Numbered from the stretch's first letter, positions 40,671 to 50,836 are shown. The stretch: 64,000 nucleotides of DNA from Oligoflexia bacterium (GCA_963758495.1 CAVWVI010000003.1:736001-800000); one strand, 5' to 3'. Numbers and translations: made by a program. Notes: generated by a model from the sequence alone, not told the origin.

Positions 40671-42469
40671 AAAAATGAATTATCACTCAATCGGTAACCT
40701 GACCAGACCCCAATTCTCCAAAATGGAGTGGGAATCTCTTTATTTATGAACTTCTCCCTCTGGGCATGGTTAATCTGACAGCGTAAAATGAGGGACTGAA
40801 TTTGCGAGGGAACTTCCAAATTACCCTCAGGATAGCGCGTGACAATAAAATCAGGGCACTGCGCAGGGAGCCAGGAAGTTTCAGGCCAGCGAGTCACGGA
40901 TAGACGTCCCGAGACCCAGGGTCCTGCTAATTCATCAGCTACAAGTTTTGAATCCGGTGAGATTTTCTGAAGTAAGGCACGCACTGGCGCGACGTCTTTT
41001 GATTCTTTCCTAAAGTCTCGTAAATCCCCGAGTGGGTTTTGATCCATTTTAAGAAATATAAAAAACACCCAGATCCAGATCAATCGATCCGATCGAATTT
41101 GACCTAACAAGATGATGGTAAGACAAGCTAAGAGGGGCCAAAGCTCCAAGACATAATGAAAGTTTTCATTCCTCAAAGGAGGATAAGTTGCCAAGGCCGC
41201 ACTCGCGAAAGAGGGTAAAAGTCCAATCATCCAAATCTTAGACGCTGGCAGGGAATCGCCCTGCTCTCTTAACTGATTATGGAACCTAGGAAAAAGCCAA
41301 AGTGGCCAGAGGGGCAAAAAAAGCCAAGGCGAAAAAACGGTCAAAAAATACTTCGCTAACTCTTTTGCCCCCACTGCTTGGATTACGACTCCAGGAGAAT
41401 GAGAAAGTGTTCTCACAAAGCCTTTTAAATCTTGCCCCAAATAAGCATAATAACGATTGAAATAATTTTTATCCACCGGATGGGCCGAATTTTCAAAGTA
41501 AATAAAAAATCCTACTAGAAATGCTGCCAATACTCCTAGAACGATCGGCTTCAACCCATGTCTCCTATTTACGGCCTGAGAGTTCACTTCATAACGAAAA
41601 AGAGTCATCGCCCAACAACATAAAAAAAGTGCCACATCCAAGAGTAAAATTTCTTTGGATGCAGCCGCTATCAAAAATAAGCCAAAAACTATCGTCTTTC
41701 TGTTAAACCCTCTGAGTAATATCGCTTCACCGCAGTCAGCGAAAAGAAGTGCAAAAGCCCATGAAAGGCTGGAAAAAGCTAAAGCATTTTCATGAAAACC
41801 CCACCTTAAATTTCCCCAGAGACTACCAAAACAAAGTACAAATACTGTAGTCGCAGCTGAAAGTTTTTTTCTAAAATCAGGTGCTACCCCAGGTACTCGA
41901 TCGGCTAAAAAAATCCAAGCGGCCCCTCCCAGAAAAAGCAAGAGGGTGTGCACGATGGGTAAATAAAACGGCGTTTTCAGTGCAAGCTGAAATCCAGGCA
42001 CGAGCAAGGCAAGACTGGGAGAGAAATGATCTTGCAAAAAATTCCCTGCCCCACTGATAGTACTATGAAATCCCAATCCGTGAGATAGGCTCCAAAGAAT
42101 CTGATGAAAAATTCCCACATCATAAAGCGTGACTCGAAGAGCTAAAGTTTGCTCAATCGCAAGAGCCACTCCAAATACCACCCCTATGAGATAAAATCCC
42201 TGCCTGAAACGACGAAAGGTCAGTAAATGGCTAAAAGAAATCGCCATACGAAAAAAACTACTCTTCTCTCTGAGCATTGGAAACGCGCCATACACAAAGA
42301 CAGCTAAAATCAGAGCGGCCCGCCTCGGATCTGCACCATGAGAAAGATAGACTTTACCACAATAAGAAATTCCCCCGTTCAAGTAGATTCCAATTAAGAA
42401 AAATACCACCAAGTCAAACAAGACTGCACAAAGACTTGTATTATTCCATCGGGGATCTGTATTAGACAT
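40667..42469 (-). CDS. DUF2079-like membrane protein (GT-C-like)
   Basis: YDVGIFHQ, DHFSP, GFHE, SKE; many transmembrane segments. Confidence 0.7.
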   Translation of the reverse strand: MSNTDPRWNNTSLCAVLFDLVVFFLIGIYLNGGISYCGKVYLSHGADPRRAALILAVFVYGAFPMLREKSSFFRMAISFSHLLTFRRFRQGFYLIGVVFGVALAIEQTLALRVTLYDVGIFHQILWSLSHGLGFHSTISGAGNFLQDHFSPSLALLVPGFQLALKTPFYLPIVHTLLLFLGGAAWIFLADRVPGVAPDFRKKLSAATTVFVLCFGSLWGNLRWGFHENALAFSSLSWAFALLFADCGEAILLRGFNRKTIVFGLFLIAAASKEILLLDVALFLCCWAMTLFRYEVNSQAVNRRHGLKPIVLGVLAAFLVGFFIYFENSAHPVDKNYFNRYYAYLGQDLKGFVRTLSHSPGVVIQAVGAKELAKYFLTVFSPWLFLPLWPLWLFPRFHNQLREQGDSLPASKIWMIGLLPSFASAALATYPPLRNENFHYVLELWPLLACLTIILLGQIRSDRLIWIWVFFIFLKMDQNPLGDLRDFRKESKDVAPVRALLQKISPDSKLVADELAGPWVSGRLSVTRWPETSWLPAQCPDFIVTRYPEGNLEVPSQIQSLILRCQINHAQREKFINKEIPTPFWRIGVWSGYRLSDNSFL

Positions 42470-43731
42470 TAATCAATACGATGGAGTTCAAAACCTCGAT
42501 GGAGGCACTCCACAGCTCGTTTCATTTCAGATTCTGCAATCAGACAAGAAATTTTGATTTCAGAAGTCGTAATTAATTTAATATTCACTTCTGATTCAGC
42601 CAACAATCCAAACATCTTGGACGCAACCCCAGGATGATGTTGCATTCCCACTCCTACAATACTGACTTTCGCAAGTGCCTCTTCTTCTGTAATTCGCATG
42701 GTCTGAAAATATGTTTTTTTCAACTCTTCTAGGACCTTTTTAGCACTTAGAAAATCTGACTTACCTACCGTAAAACTCAAAGTGAGCAATCCATTCGAAG
42801 GAATGTCCTGAACAATAATATCGACAACGATCGCCGAAGCCGACAGAGCACCAAAAATTTTTGCAGCTACGCCAGGAATATCCAAAATATTTTGAAGAGT
42901 GAATTTAACTTGCGCCGGATCTGCAGCCACTCCCGCAACAACTACGTGTTCCATTTTACTCCCTAAAGCTTCCTGTGACACCACTCTTGTACCCTCCACT
43001 GAAGCAAAACTTGACCGAACATGTAACGGTAGACGATACTTGGCCGCGAGTTCTACTGAACGAATTTGAAGAACTTTAGCCCCAAGACTCGCCAACTCCA
43101 TCATTTCCTCGTAGCAGATTTGTTTCATTTTCTTGGCTTGATTGCAAAGTCTAGGATCGGTTGTATAGACCCCATCAACGTCCGTATAGATTTCGCAATC
43201 ATCTGCCTTTAAGGCTGCAGCGATTGCTACCGCACTTGTATCAGATCCCCCACGACCTAAAGTTGTAATATTATTCTCAGGATCGACCCCTTGAAATCCC
43301 GCGATCACCGGAATGACATGTTGAATGATCTCTTGATTCAGCAGAGAGGTGTCAATGGCCTGAATTCGAGCCTTTGAAAAAATACTGTCCGTCAGAATTC
43401 CAATTTGATACCCAAGAAAACCTCTGGCTGCGTGTTTTCTCCCTTTTAAAGTTCCACGCCTTTCAGCTTCGGCATTAATCGCCAGAGTCACTAAACCTAC
43501 TGCGATCTGCTCCCCACTCGCAATCAGCATGTCGTATTCAGGTGAAAAAGGCAGAGGATGAATTCGGGTTGCCAGGTCAACCAAGCGATTGGTCTCGCCA
43601 GACATAGCTGAGACCACTAAAACAATATCATCTCCGCGCTCCTGACAATCCAAAGCCCAGCGTGCAACATGCTGGATTCTTTCGATTGTACCTACTGATG
43701 TGCCTCCAAACTTTTGTACGATTAATGCCAT
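42469..43731 (-). CDS. lysC: Aspartate kinase
   Basis: QKFGGTSV, TLGRGGSDTSA, YTDVDG, ACT domains. Confidence 0.96.
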   Translation of the reverse strand: MALIVQKFGGTSVGTIERIQHVARWALDCQERGDDIVLVVSAMSGETNRLVDLATRIHPLPFSPEYDMLIASGEQIAVGLVTLAINAEAERRGTLKGRKHAARGFLGYQIGILTDSIFSKARIQAIDTSLLNQEIIQHVIPVIAGFQGVDPENNITTLGRGGSDTSAVAIAAALKADDCEIYTDVDGVYTTDPRLCNQAKKMKQICYEEMMELASLGAKVLQIRSVELAAKYRLPLHVRSSFASVEGTRVVSQEALGSKMEHVVVAGVAADPAQVKFTLQNILDIPGVAAKIFGALSASAIVVDIIVQDIPSNGLLTLSFTVGKSDFLSAKKVLEELKKTYFQTMRITEEEALAKVSIVGVGMQHHPGVASKMFGLLAESEVNIKLITTSEIKISCLIAESEMKRAVECLHRGFELHRID

Positions 43732-43850
43732 TTGAACCTAACTTTTAACAAGCCTACAAAATTTACGTTAAAAAGCAATGAAAACCCCATTTGGTTTTCC
43801 TACTTGCGAAAATCTTCTCCCCTGCATTATAAGTCTGGGGAGGCAAATTC

Positions 43851-44636
43851 ATGTTAAATACATCAAAAAAACCATTTGAAGGTAAAAAAGCACTGATCCT
43901 AGGCGTCGCCAATGAGCGAAGTCTGGCTTGGTCAATCGCTCAGCACTTGCATCAGGGAGGCGCAACGCTCGGATTTAACTTTTTGGGTGACGCACTGGAA
44001 CGTCGAGTACGTCCTCTCGCCGAATCCGTTCAAGCTGATTTGATTGAGCCATGTAACGTCGCAAGCGATACAGAACTCGATGCTTTTTTTAGTCAGGTCA
44101 AAACCAAGTGGGGCGGATTGGATATTTTGATTCACTCGGTTGCTTTTGCAAATCGTGAGGATTTAGAAGGTCGATTTGTAAACACCTCTAGAGAAGGTTT
44201 CCGAACTGCGTTAGACATTAGTGCCTATAGCTTAATTGCAACTGCCCAAAGGGCAGAACCCCTCATGGAAGGTAGAGAAGGAGCTATTCTCACTCTATCC
44301 TATTATGGCGCTCAAAAGGTCGTCCCCAATTATAATGTCATGGGTGTAGCAAAAGCTGCACTTGAGGCAAGTGTCAGGTACTTGGCTTATGATTTGGGCC
44401 AAAAGAAAATTCGAGTCAATGCTATTTCCGCTGGTCCCGTCAAAACACTTGCCGCAGCAGGAATACGTAATTTCCGCACCATGCTTTCGGCTGATCAAGA
44501 AAAAAATCCACTACATGAAAATATTACGGGTGATGACGTAGGAGCATTAGCGGCTTTTCTTTGCTCTCCTCTTGGTAGACATATCACCGGCAGCACGCTC
44601 TATGTGGATAGCGGTGCTCATATTATGGGCGCTTAA
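43851..44636 (+). CDS. fabI: Enoyl-ACP reductase
   Basis: GVANERSLAW, YNVMGVAKAALE. Confidence 0.96.
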   Translation: MLNTSKKPFEGKKALILGVANERSLAWSIAQHLHQGGATLGFNFLGDALERRVRPLAESVQADLIEPCNVASDTELDAFFSQVKTKWGGLDILIHSVAFANREDLEGRFVNTSREGFRTALDISAYSLIATAQRAEPLMEGREGAILTLSYYGAQKVVPNYNVMGVAKAALEASVRYLAYDLGQKKIRVNAISAGPVKTLAAAGIRNFRTMLSADQEKNPLHENITGDDVGALAAFLCSPLGRHITGSTLYVDSGAHIMGA

Positions 44637-45593
44637 ATGCAAACAGAACTTCATCGTCATTTAGATATTTCCCTGAGACCTGAAACACTACTGGAATTAG
44701 CCCAAGAACGAGGACTAGAATCTCAAAGTACGAGTCTGGAATCCTTTAAAAATAAAATCATTCTTCGTACGCCTCTTTCTAATTTATCTGCTGTACTCGC
44801 AACGTTTTCACTTTTCCAAAAAGTTTTAGACCATCCCAGTGTTCTAGAACGTGTTGCTTTTGAAGTGATTGAAGACTGTTGGAATGAAGGCACTCGCAAG
44901 GTTGAACTCCGCTATTCACCTAGTTTCGTTTCTGAATACAGCGGTCTTTCTTGGGAAGAGTCTTTAGCTGCTTTCCAAAGAGGTCTGAAGCGAGGCATAG
45001 AGAGATATCCAGAAATCAACGCAGGCTTAATCTGTATTGCAAGTCGTGATTATGGCGTAGAAAAGGTGGATGAAGGAGTCGAGTTTTTCTTAAAAAATTT
45101 TGAAAGTTTCGTCGGCTTAGACCTTGCTGGAAATGAAAATCAGTTTCCTTGTCGTCTTTTTGAATCATCATTTAAAAAAGCAATTCAAAAAAACGCTAAA
45201 ATTACGATTCATGCAGGAGAAGCATCCGGCCCAGAAAACATTTGGGAAGCGATCGAACTTCTAGGTGCCGTACGAATTGGGCATGGTATTTCGAGTATGC
45301 AAGACCCTGTACTTTTGAAATATTTGGCGGAAAAGCAGATCTGCTTAGAAATGTGTCCTACAAGTAACTGGCTAACCAGTGCTGTTCCAAGTATTGCGGA
45401 ACACCCACTGCCTCAAATCCTCAGAGCTGGAATTCCAGTTTGTATCAATACGGATGACCCAGGTATTTTTGGAGTCAGCCTCACCCATGAAATTCAAGTT
45501 TGCCGAGGAAAAATGGGAATGAACTTAGCTGAGATTCAAAAATGCCATGAACATGCCTCTCAAAGCAGCTTTTTGACGTCCATCCCTGCCTAA
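44637..45593 (+). CDS. add: Adenosine deaminase family protein
   Basis: ELHRHLD, HAGE, RIGHG, CPTSN, NTDDP. Confidence 0.92.
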   Translation: MQTELHRHLDISLRPETLLELAQERGLESQSTSLESFKNKIILRTPLSNLSAVLATFSLFQKVLDHPSVLERVAFEVIEDCWNEGTRKVELRYSPSFVSEYSGLSWEESLAAFQRGLKRGIERYPEINAGLICIASRDYGVEKVDEGVEFFLKNFESFVGLDLAGNENQFPCRLFESSFKKAIQKNAKITIHAGEASGPENIWEAIELLGAVRIGHGISSMQDPVLLKYLAEKQICLEMCPTSNWLTSAVPSIAEHPLPQILRAGIPVCINTDDPGIFGVSLTHEIQVCRGKMGMNLAEIQKCHEHASQSSFLTSIPA

Positions 45594-45638
45594 ATCAATA
45601 GGACCCCAACTGCAAAAAGTCGGGTCTAAAACTTCTAC

Positions 45639-45739
45639 GTAAGTAGTTCCTTTAGGGGTGTTGACAAGAACTGCCAGGAGCCCTGTTGCGCCGTAAAGAT
45701 TTGGATTCCCGGCGCAATAGGGCTCCTGGCAGTTCTTAC
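45639..45739 (+). mobile_element. MITE-like element, copy 3, with a perfect 8-bp target duplication
   Basis: acttctac|gtaagtagttcc...gttcttac|acttctac. Confidence 0.88.
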
Positions 45740-45743
45740 ACTT

Positions 45744-46727
45744 CTACATTGGATTGAGACCGTGGTTATCCTCTAACTTAATAAGTCTCTTTTTCAAAAT
45801 CTCACGCTGCTTCACTCTTGGATCAACGGTACAGGAATGCGCTTCAGGTCTGTAGTGCTTCTCGCAGAATTCACCGCCACATCCGCATTTGTCCATCAAA
45901 AGATGCTTCTTACACTTTGGAAAACTGCATTTTTGGGAAAAAAACTGATTACTTGAATCGTGAACCGATTGAGAACCTGCATTCACAAAAGCCGTTGAAT
46001 GGGCAACCTCTTCATTTGTCTTTGGAGCTGCTTGTGCAGCTGTCTTTCTAGCTATCTGTGCAGCTACTTCATTTAACTGAAGCAAATACTCTAAATTTAA
46101 ATCACTATCATTTTCGTGATCACCTTCGATTTTTTCGAGCATCTTTTCAGGGTTAAAATCCGTTTCTAATTTTGTATCAATCACTTTTTCAGCTATTGAT
46201 TTTCTTATTTCAAATGAAATTCCAAGCTCATCGTTTCTTAAGCTTTTTTCAACGTCTGACAATAACTCACTAATCATGACAGTAACGTCAGTATTAAACA
46301 TTTGAACATAAGCAATTACTTTGTCTTTTTGCTCGCAAGCCTCTAAGGAGGCCTCGATCAAATCAGCACGTGCCTTTGAAAAATCATAATCCAATGCAAT
46401 CTGCTCTCGTGTAAACTCATCTTCTGAAGCGTTTAAGCGTTTACGCTGCATACTCAGAAGTAGCTGCTCTCGATTCCTATTTTCTTTTAAATGATCATCC
46501 AGAGTCTCATACTCTGAAGGACAGTATTTTTTCATGACTAGATTATGGAACCTTTTAAGCATGATAGCGAAATTCTTACTCAAGTTAAATTGAGCTGCCG
46601 TCATAAAATCATCCGCTTCATCCGCCCACGTCGTGCGAATGGTCTCGTAACCGCACAACGAAAATAAAAGTAGACCGATGAAAAAACTCGAAAAAGATTT
46701 TCCTTTTAAAACAGACTGAAATTTCAT
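45744..46727 (-). CDS. Secreted helical protein with a C-terminal AN1-type zinc finger
   Basis: Signal peptide (..TWA|D); CSFPKCKKHLLMDKCGCGGEFCEKHYRPEAHSC. Confidence 0.8.
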   Translation of the reverse strand: MKFQSVLKGKSFSSFFIGLLLFSLCGYETIRTTWADEADDFMTAAQFNLSKNFAIMLKRFHNLVMKKYCPSEYETLDDHLKENRNREQLLLSMQRKRLNASEDEFTREQIALDYDFSKARADLIEASLEACEQKDKVIAYVQMFNTDVTVMISELLSDVEKSLRNDELGISFEIRKSIAEKVIDTKLETDFNPEKMLEKIEGDHENDSDLNLEYLLQLNEVAAQIARKTAAQAAPKTNEEVAHSTAFVNAGSQSVHDSSNQFFSQKCSFPKCKKHLLMDKCGCGGEFCEKHYRPEAHSCTVDPRVKQREILKKRLIKLEDNHGLNPM

Positions 46728-46925
46728 TTTTTACTCCCACAACAGATTTACTAACTGCGTCAATACCTTAAAAAACTAGGAATGCCAATTTTTTTTCAAT
46801 TCTTTTCCAATCCTTTTAAAAACAAATTAAAAATTTCATTTCCTATCGATTCAGCCCCTCACGAAATGTGTCATTTGTGATACAAAGTAAAGATTCTAAT
46901 CTCCTAACATCTCAAACGGAGCCCT

Positions 46926-49160
46926 ATGCACCTCATGCCTTTAATTCATGACCTAGCCATTATTCTTGCTGTCGCCGGCATTGTATCTCTTATTTTTCAA
47001 AAAATACGGCAACCCGTGGTCTTAGGATATATTACCGCTGGAATTATCGTCGGCCCGTATACCCCACCCTACTCTTTGGTCACCGATATCGGTGGTATTA
47101 AAATCTGGGCAGAATTGGGCGTCATCTTTTTAATGTTTAGCTTGGGCTTGGAATTTAGCTTCCGCAAGCTCGCCTCCGTAGGGCTCTCGGCTGGAAGTAC
47201 GGCATTATTTGAAGTCATTTCCATGCTCTCTTTAGGTTTTTTAGCAGGAAAAGTTCTGGGTTGGTCTTCAATGGATAGCCTCTTTTTAGGTGCTATGCTT
47301 TCCATTTCCTCCACCACAATCATTATTAAGGCTCTTGATGAATTAAAGCTCAAAAGCCATCATTTCGCAGAAATCATTTTTGGCGTTCTGATTGTCGAAG
47401 ATCTTGTCGCAATTCTTATCTTAGTCGTACTGTCTACTATCGCCGCTGGGAAGTCAATTTCTGGCCTTGCCATTCTTGTTGCTGCTGGAAAGTTAGTCTT
47501 GGTCATTGGGGGATGGATTCTTGCAGGATATTTTATAGTTCCTGAACTCATTCGTTACGTGAGCCAAGTCGGGAACAATGAGATGATGACCATTGTTTCC
47601 CTCGCTCTCTGCCTTCTCTTAGTTGTATTTTCAGCATTTTTTGAATACTCCGTGGCTTTGGGTGCATTCATCATGGGTTCAATCCTGGCAGAAAGCACTG
47701 AATCTCATAGAATTGAAGAAAGAATGGAATCGCTGCGTGACGTTTTTGCAGCGATTTTCTTTGTGTCCGTTGGGATGCTGATTGATCCTATTGCCCTTTG
47801 GCACAATAAAGGTGCGGTAGCTTTCATCACGGTGATCACCATTATCGGAAAAGTGCTGAGCACCACAATAGGCGCTCTGATCTCTGGACAAACCCTACGC
47901 ACTTCTATCCAAGTTGGATTTGGTCTCACCCAAATTGGAGAATTCTCTTTTATCATTGCGGGCCTGGGAGTTACCCTCGGAGTCACTAGCGATTTTCTCT
48001 ACCCCGTCGGAGTTGCTGTATCCCTCATCACTACCTTCACTACCCCTTACATGATTCGACTGTCCTATCGGTTTGCAGCTTTTATTGAGACCAAAATACC
48101 AAACCGCGTCAAAACTATTCTTACAGCCTATGCATCTTGGACTCAAAAGAAGCGGGCTGATGCAACCCGCAATCAAGAGTTTTATCAACTTCTACTCAGA
48201 TGGGTCATCAACGGTCTTATTGTTTCTATGATTTTCGTATTGTCTGGTGAGGTAGTACTTCCTATTATTTGGGAAAAGATTTCTAATTCGAATGGCTCCA
48301 GCGCCGCAAGCTGGTTGGGTACCGCGCTGATCTCTGCTCCTTTTATTTGGGGAATGTTGACTACTTTTAAAGATTTTGAAATTAAAACTCTCAATCGCAT
48401 CGGGCCACATGGGGGTGCTTTAGTTATTTCTCGACTAGCCGCCGCTCTTTGGTTAGGTGCTCTGAGTCTTGAGTTTTTTCCGGTGAAGAATGTAATCCCG
48501 ATCGTATTCGTATTGCTCTTTGGACTTTTTGTGCTTCTTTATAAGCAAATCGAGACTTCTTACCATTGGCTGGAAAAACGGTTTATGCAGACATTTGAAG
48601 CAAAGGAGAAATCCAAGTTTCAAGAAAGCCAATTTCGCCACCTTGCCCCCTGGGATGCACATCTCGTCAGAATTAAAGTCCATCCCAATGCCGGTATTGT
48701 AGGGAAGAGCATAGCAGAAAGCCGTATTCGAACCCGATTTGGATCCAGTATTGTGGCCATTCAAAGAGGGCTAAAAACAATTGTAGCTCCAAACCCAAAT
48801 GAAATTATTTTTCCTAAAGATGAGTTACTCCTTCTGGGAACAGATGAACAATTGGACGCTATTCATCCCGAAATTGAAAAACCCCTAGGACTTGAAGATC
48901 CCCTACACACTATTTTTAACTACGAACTCAAGCAAATCCTCATTACAGAAACCTCATCCTTAAAAGATCAGAGTATTCGAGCCTCAAATATTCGAGAAAA
49001 CTATGAAGCTATGATTGTGGGTATTGAAAGAGCCGATCAAAGGATCATGAACCCTGAATCCGATATGAAGCTCAAGGGTGGGGATACCCTTTGGGTGGTA
49101 GGAGAGAAGGAAAAGTTAGATCAACTCGTGTCTCAGTTTGTCTCTGAAATTAATTTTTAA
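46926..49160 (+). CDS. CPA2 cation:proton antiporter with two RCK-C domains
   Basis: QPVVLGYI, ELGVIFLMFSLGLEFS, SST, QIGEFSF. Confidence 0.92.
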   Translation: MHLMPLIHDLAIILAVAGIVSLIFQKIRQPVVLGYITAGIIVGPYTPPYSLVTDIGGIKIWAELGVIFLMFSLGLEFSFRKLASVGLSAGSTALFEVISMLSLGFLAGKVLGWSSMDSLFLGAMLSISSTTIIIKALDELKLKSHHFAEIIFGVLIVEDLVAILILVVLSTIAAGKSISGLAILVAAGKLVLVIGGWILAGYFIVPELIRYVSQVGNNEMMTIVSLALCLLLVVFSAFFEYSVALGAFIMGSILAESTESHRIEERMESLRDVFAAIFFVSVGMLIDPIALWHNKGAVAFITVITIIGKVLSTTIGALISGQTLRTSIQVGFGLTQIGEFSFIIAGLGVTLGVTSDFLYPVGVAVSLITTFTTPYMIRLSYRFAAFIETKIPNRVKTILTAYASWTQKKRADATRNQEFYQLLLRWVINGLIVSMIFVLSGEVVLPIIWEKISNSNGSSAASWLGTALISAPFIWGMLTTFKDFEIKTLNRIGPHGGALVISRLAAALWLGALSLEFFPVKNVIPIVFVLLFGLFVLLYKQIETSYHWLEKRFMQTFEAKEKSKFQESQFRHLAPWDAHLVRIKVHPNAGIVGKSIAESRIRTRFGSSIVAIQRGLKTIVAPNPNEIIFPKDELLLLGTDEQLDAIHPEIEKPLGLEDPLHTIFNYELKQILITETSSLKDQSIRASNIRENYEAMIVGIERADQRIMNPESDMKLKGGDTLWVVGEKEKLDQLVSQFVSEINF

Positions 49161-49212
49161 AATATTTTATTTTGCCACTTGCATTCGTCCAAAAGAGAAT
49201 ATATAAATGGTT

Positions 49213-49320
49213 CATATTTTGGGTTTTCATGGGTACCCCACTTCCCCCCCACACACTGAATGTGGTACCCGTGGCTATAAAGGACCCGGAGGCTAGTTCC
49301 TCCGGGTCCTTTATTTTTTT
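49213..49320 (+). ncRNA. Candidate small RNA
   Basis: Promoter TTGCAT-17-TATAAA (49179-49207), stem with a C-rich loop, then a strong terminator. Confidence 0.45.
49277..49320 (+). terminator. Intrinsic terminator
   Basis: ataaaggacccggagg-ctagtt-cctccgggtcctttat followed by a T run. Confidence 0.9.
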
Positions 49321-49398
49321 ATAAAATCAACTATTTCCCCATCTTATCGTAACCATTTGGCTTTTGCCCTTCCTGTAAGGCAAAATCTTTCCATATAT

Positions 49399-49434
49399 GT
49401 AAACAGTTCCTTTAGGACTCCTTACAGCGCTTAC
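49399..49434 (+). mobile_element. Internally deleted MITE (36 bp) with a 7-bp duplication
   Basis: catatat|gtaaacagttcctttaggactccttacagcgcttac|catatat. Confidence 0.8.
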
Positions 49435-49463
49435 CATATATCCAATTGTGGTATTCTTAAGCC

Positions 49464-50084
49464 ATGTCTAAAAATACGCCTAATCATCTTCAGGGTGTTC
49501 AAGTCCTTTTCATCTTTCTATCATTAAGCATCACAAGCACTCACACCTGGGCAAATGAATCAAACCCAACTCCGCCACTCCCCGCACTCGATGACGAAGG
49601 ACAAGCCGAATTACTCCAATACAAGGAGAATCTAAAAAACCAAATCACTCCTCTGAATCGTTTAAACCCACTCAGTCCCGACTTTAATAAAAATCAGGCT
49701 CCTACCCCTGGCATTTCGCAAATCTCGGATCAACTGCAACAACTCTCTCCTCGAATCGAGGAGCTATTAAAAAACCCCAGCCTACAAGGTATTCTCCGAA
49801 TCTCTTCGGACCCCGACTTAGCCAACAAGACAAAAGAAATCCTCAACCATCCAGACAGACTCCGTCTTATTTATGCGCAAATGGGTTGGCTCATTTTTTT
49901 CTTTCTTTTCCGAACATGGAGATCCTCTAAACTATCTCATGGCCAATGGATCCGTAGCCTTTGGCTAAAATTTTGGACTCTCCTCCTCTATGTAACAGTG
50001 ACGGGATTAATTATTCCGGGATTGATATTAGGTGATTTATACAAACAATGGCTTACCCTTGCGTATCATGCCGCTTTTCGATAG
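49464..50084 (+). CDS. Hypothetical membrane protein
   Basis: Signal peptide plus two C-terminal transmembrane segments. Confidence 0.6.
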   Translation: MSKNTPNHLQGVQVLFIFLSLSITSTHTWANESNPTPPLPALDDEGQAELLQYKENLKNQITPLNRLNPLSPDFNKNQAPTPGISQISDQLQQLSPRIEELLKNPSLQGILRISSDPDLANKTKEILNHPDRLRLIYAQMGWLIFFFLFRTWRSSKLSHGQWIRSLWLKFWTLLLYVTVTGLIIPGLILGDLYKQWLTLAYHAAFR

Positions 50085-50836
50085 TTCTGGGCATTCAGGT
50101 GATGCCTTCTTAAAAGCCTTAGAAAATTACTACGATCTAACTTCGCTTCACGTGCAGCGGCGGAAACATTCCCATGATTGCGATTTAAAATTGAAACTAA
50201 ATATTCTTGTTCAAATGTGTCAGACCATCTCCTTTTATACTGAGTAAAGCTGAGATCACTTTTTTCAATAGCATTTTGATCCGACCGTACTAGCCGCAAC
50301 AAGGGTCCTTGTGTCTGGCCCTGCTGACCTTCAGGCTGACTTTGAAGCTGACCTTCAAGTTGACCTTCAAGTTGAGAAGACGAAGGAGGAGCAGCCGACC
50401 CACGAGCTTCCATTTCCTGAAGTCTGGTTTGCAGCATTTTGATCAGCTCTTGTGAAGAATGATCTGATAGATATTTATCATAGCATCGACTCACAGCTTC
50501 GCTGAGTTCACCTAAATCAAAAGGTTTCTCAAAAAAGTCAGAAACGCCACATCGGAACGCTTTTACCGCCAGTTGTGAATCATGATTTTGGGTAGTCACA
50601 ATAATTTTGACGTGGGGATGACTTTGATTCAATTGCTTGACCCAAGCAAAACCACTTGAGGGGTGCGCATTCAATTCCAAAATGAGAATATTCAGCTCTC
50701 GACCTTCGACAAAAAAAGGCTGAGCTTCATCTCTATTGGCAGCAAACCACACCTCATGCCCATCTTGAACTAGCTTGGAATGCAAAAGCTGACTAAGAGA
50801 TTTTTCCTGTTCTACCACTAAAATACGAGCCTTCAT
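50066..50836 (-). CDS. Atypical response regulator (receiver + Fis-type HTH, no AAA+ domain)
   Basis: Receiver fold at the N-terminus; GNVSAAAREAKLDRSNFLRLL. Confidence 0.85.
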   Translation of the reverse strand: MKARILVVEQEKSLSQLLHSKLVQDGHEVWFAANRDEAQPFFVEGRELNILILELNAHPSSGFAWVKQLNQSHPHVKIIVTTQNHDSQLAVKAFRCGVSDFFEKPFDLGELSEAVSRCYDKYLSDHSSQELIKMLQTRLQEMEARGSAAPPSSSQLEGQLEGQLQSQPEGQQGQTQGPLLRLVRSDQNAIEKSDLSFTQYKRRWSDTFEQEYLVSILNRNHGNVSAAAREAKLDRSNFLRLLRRHHLNAQNYRKAA

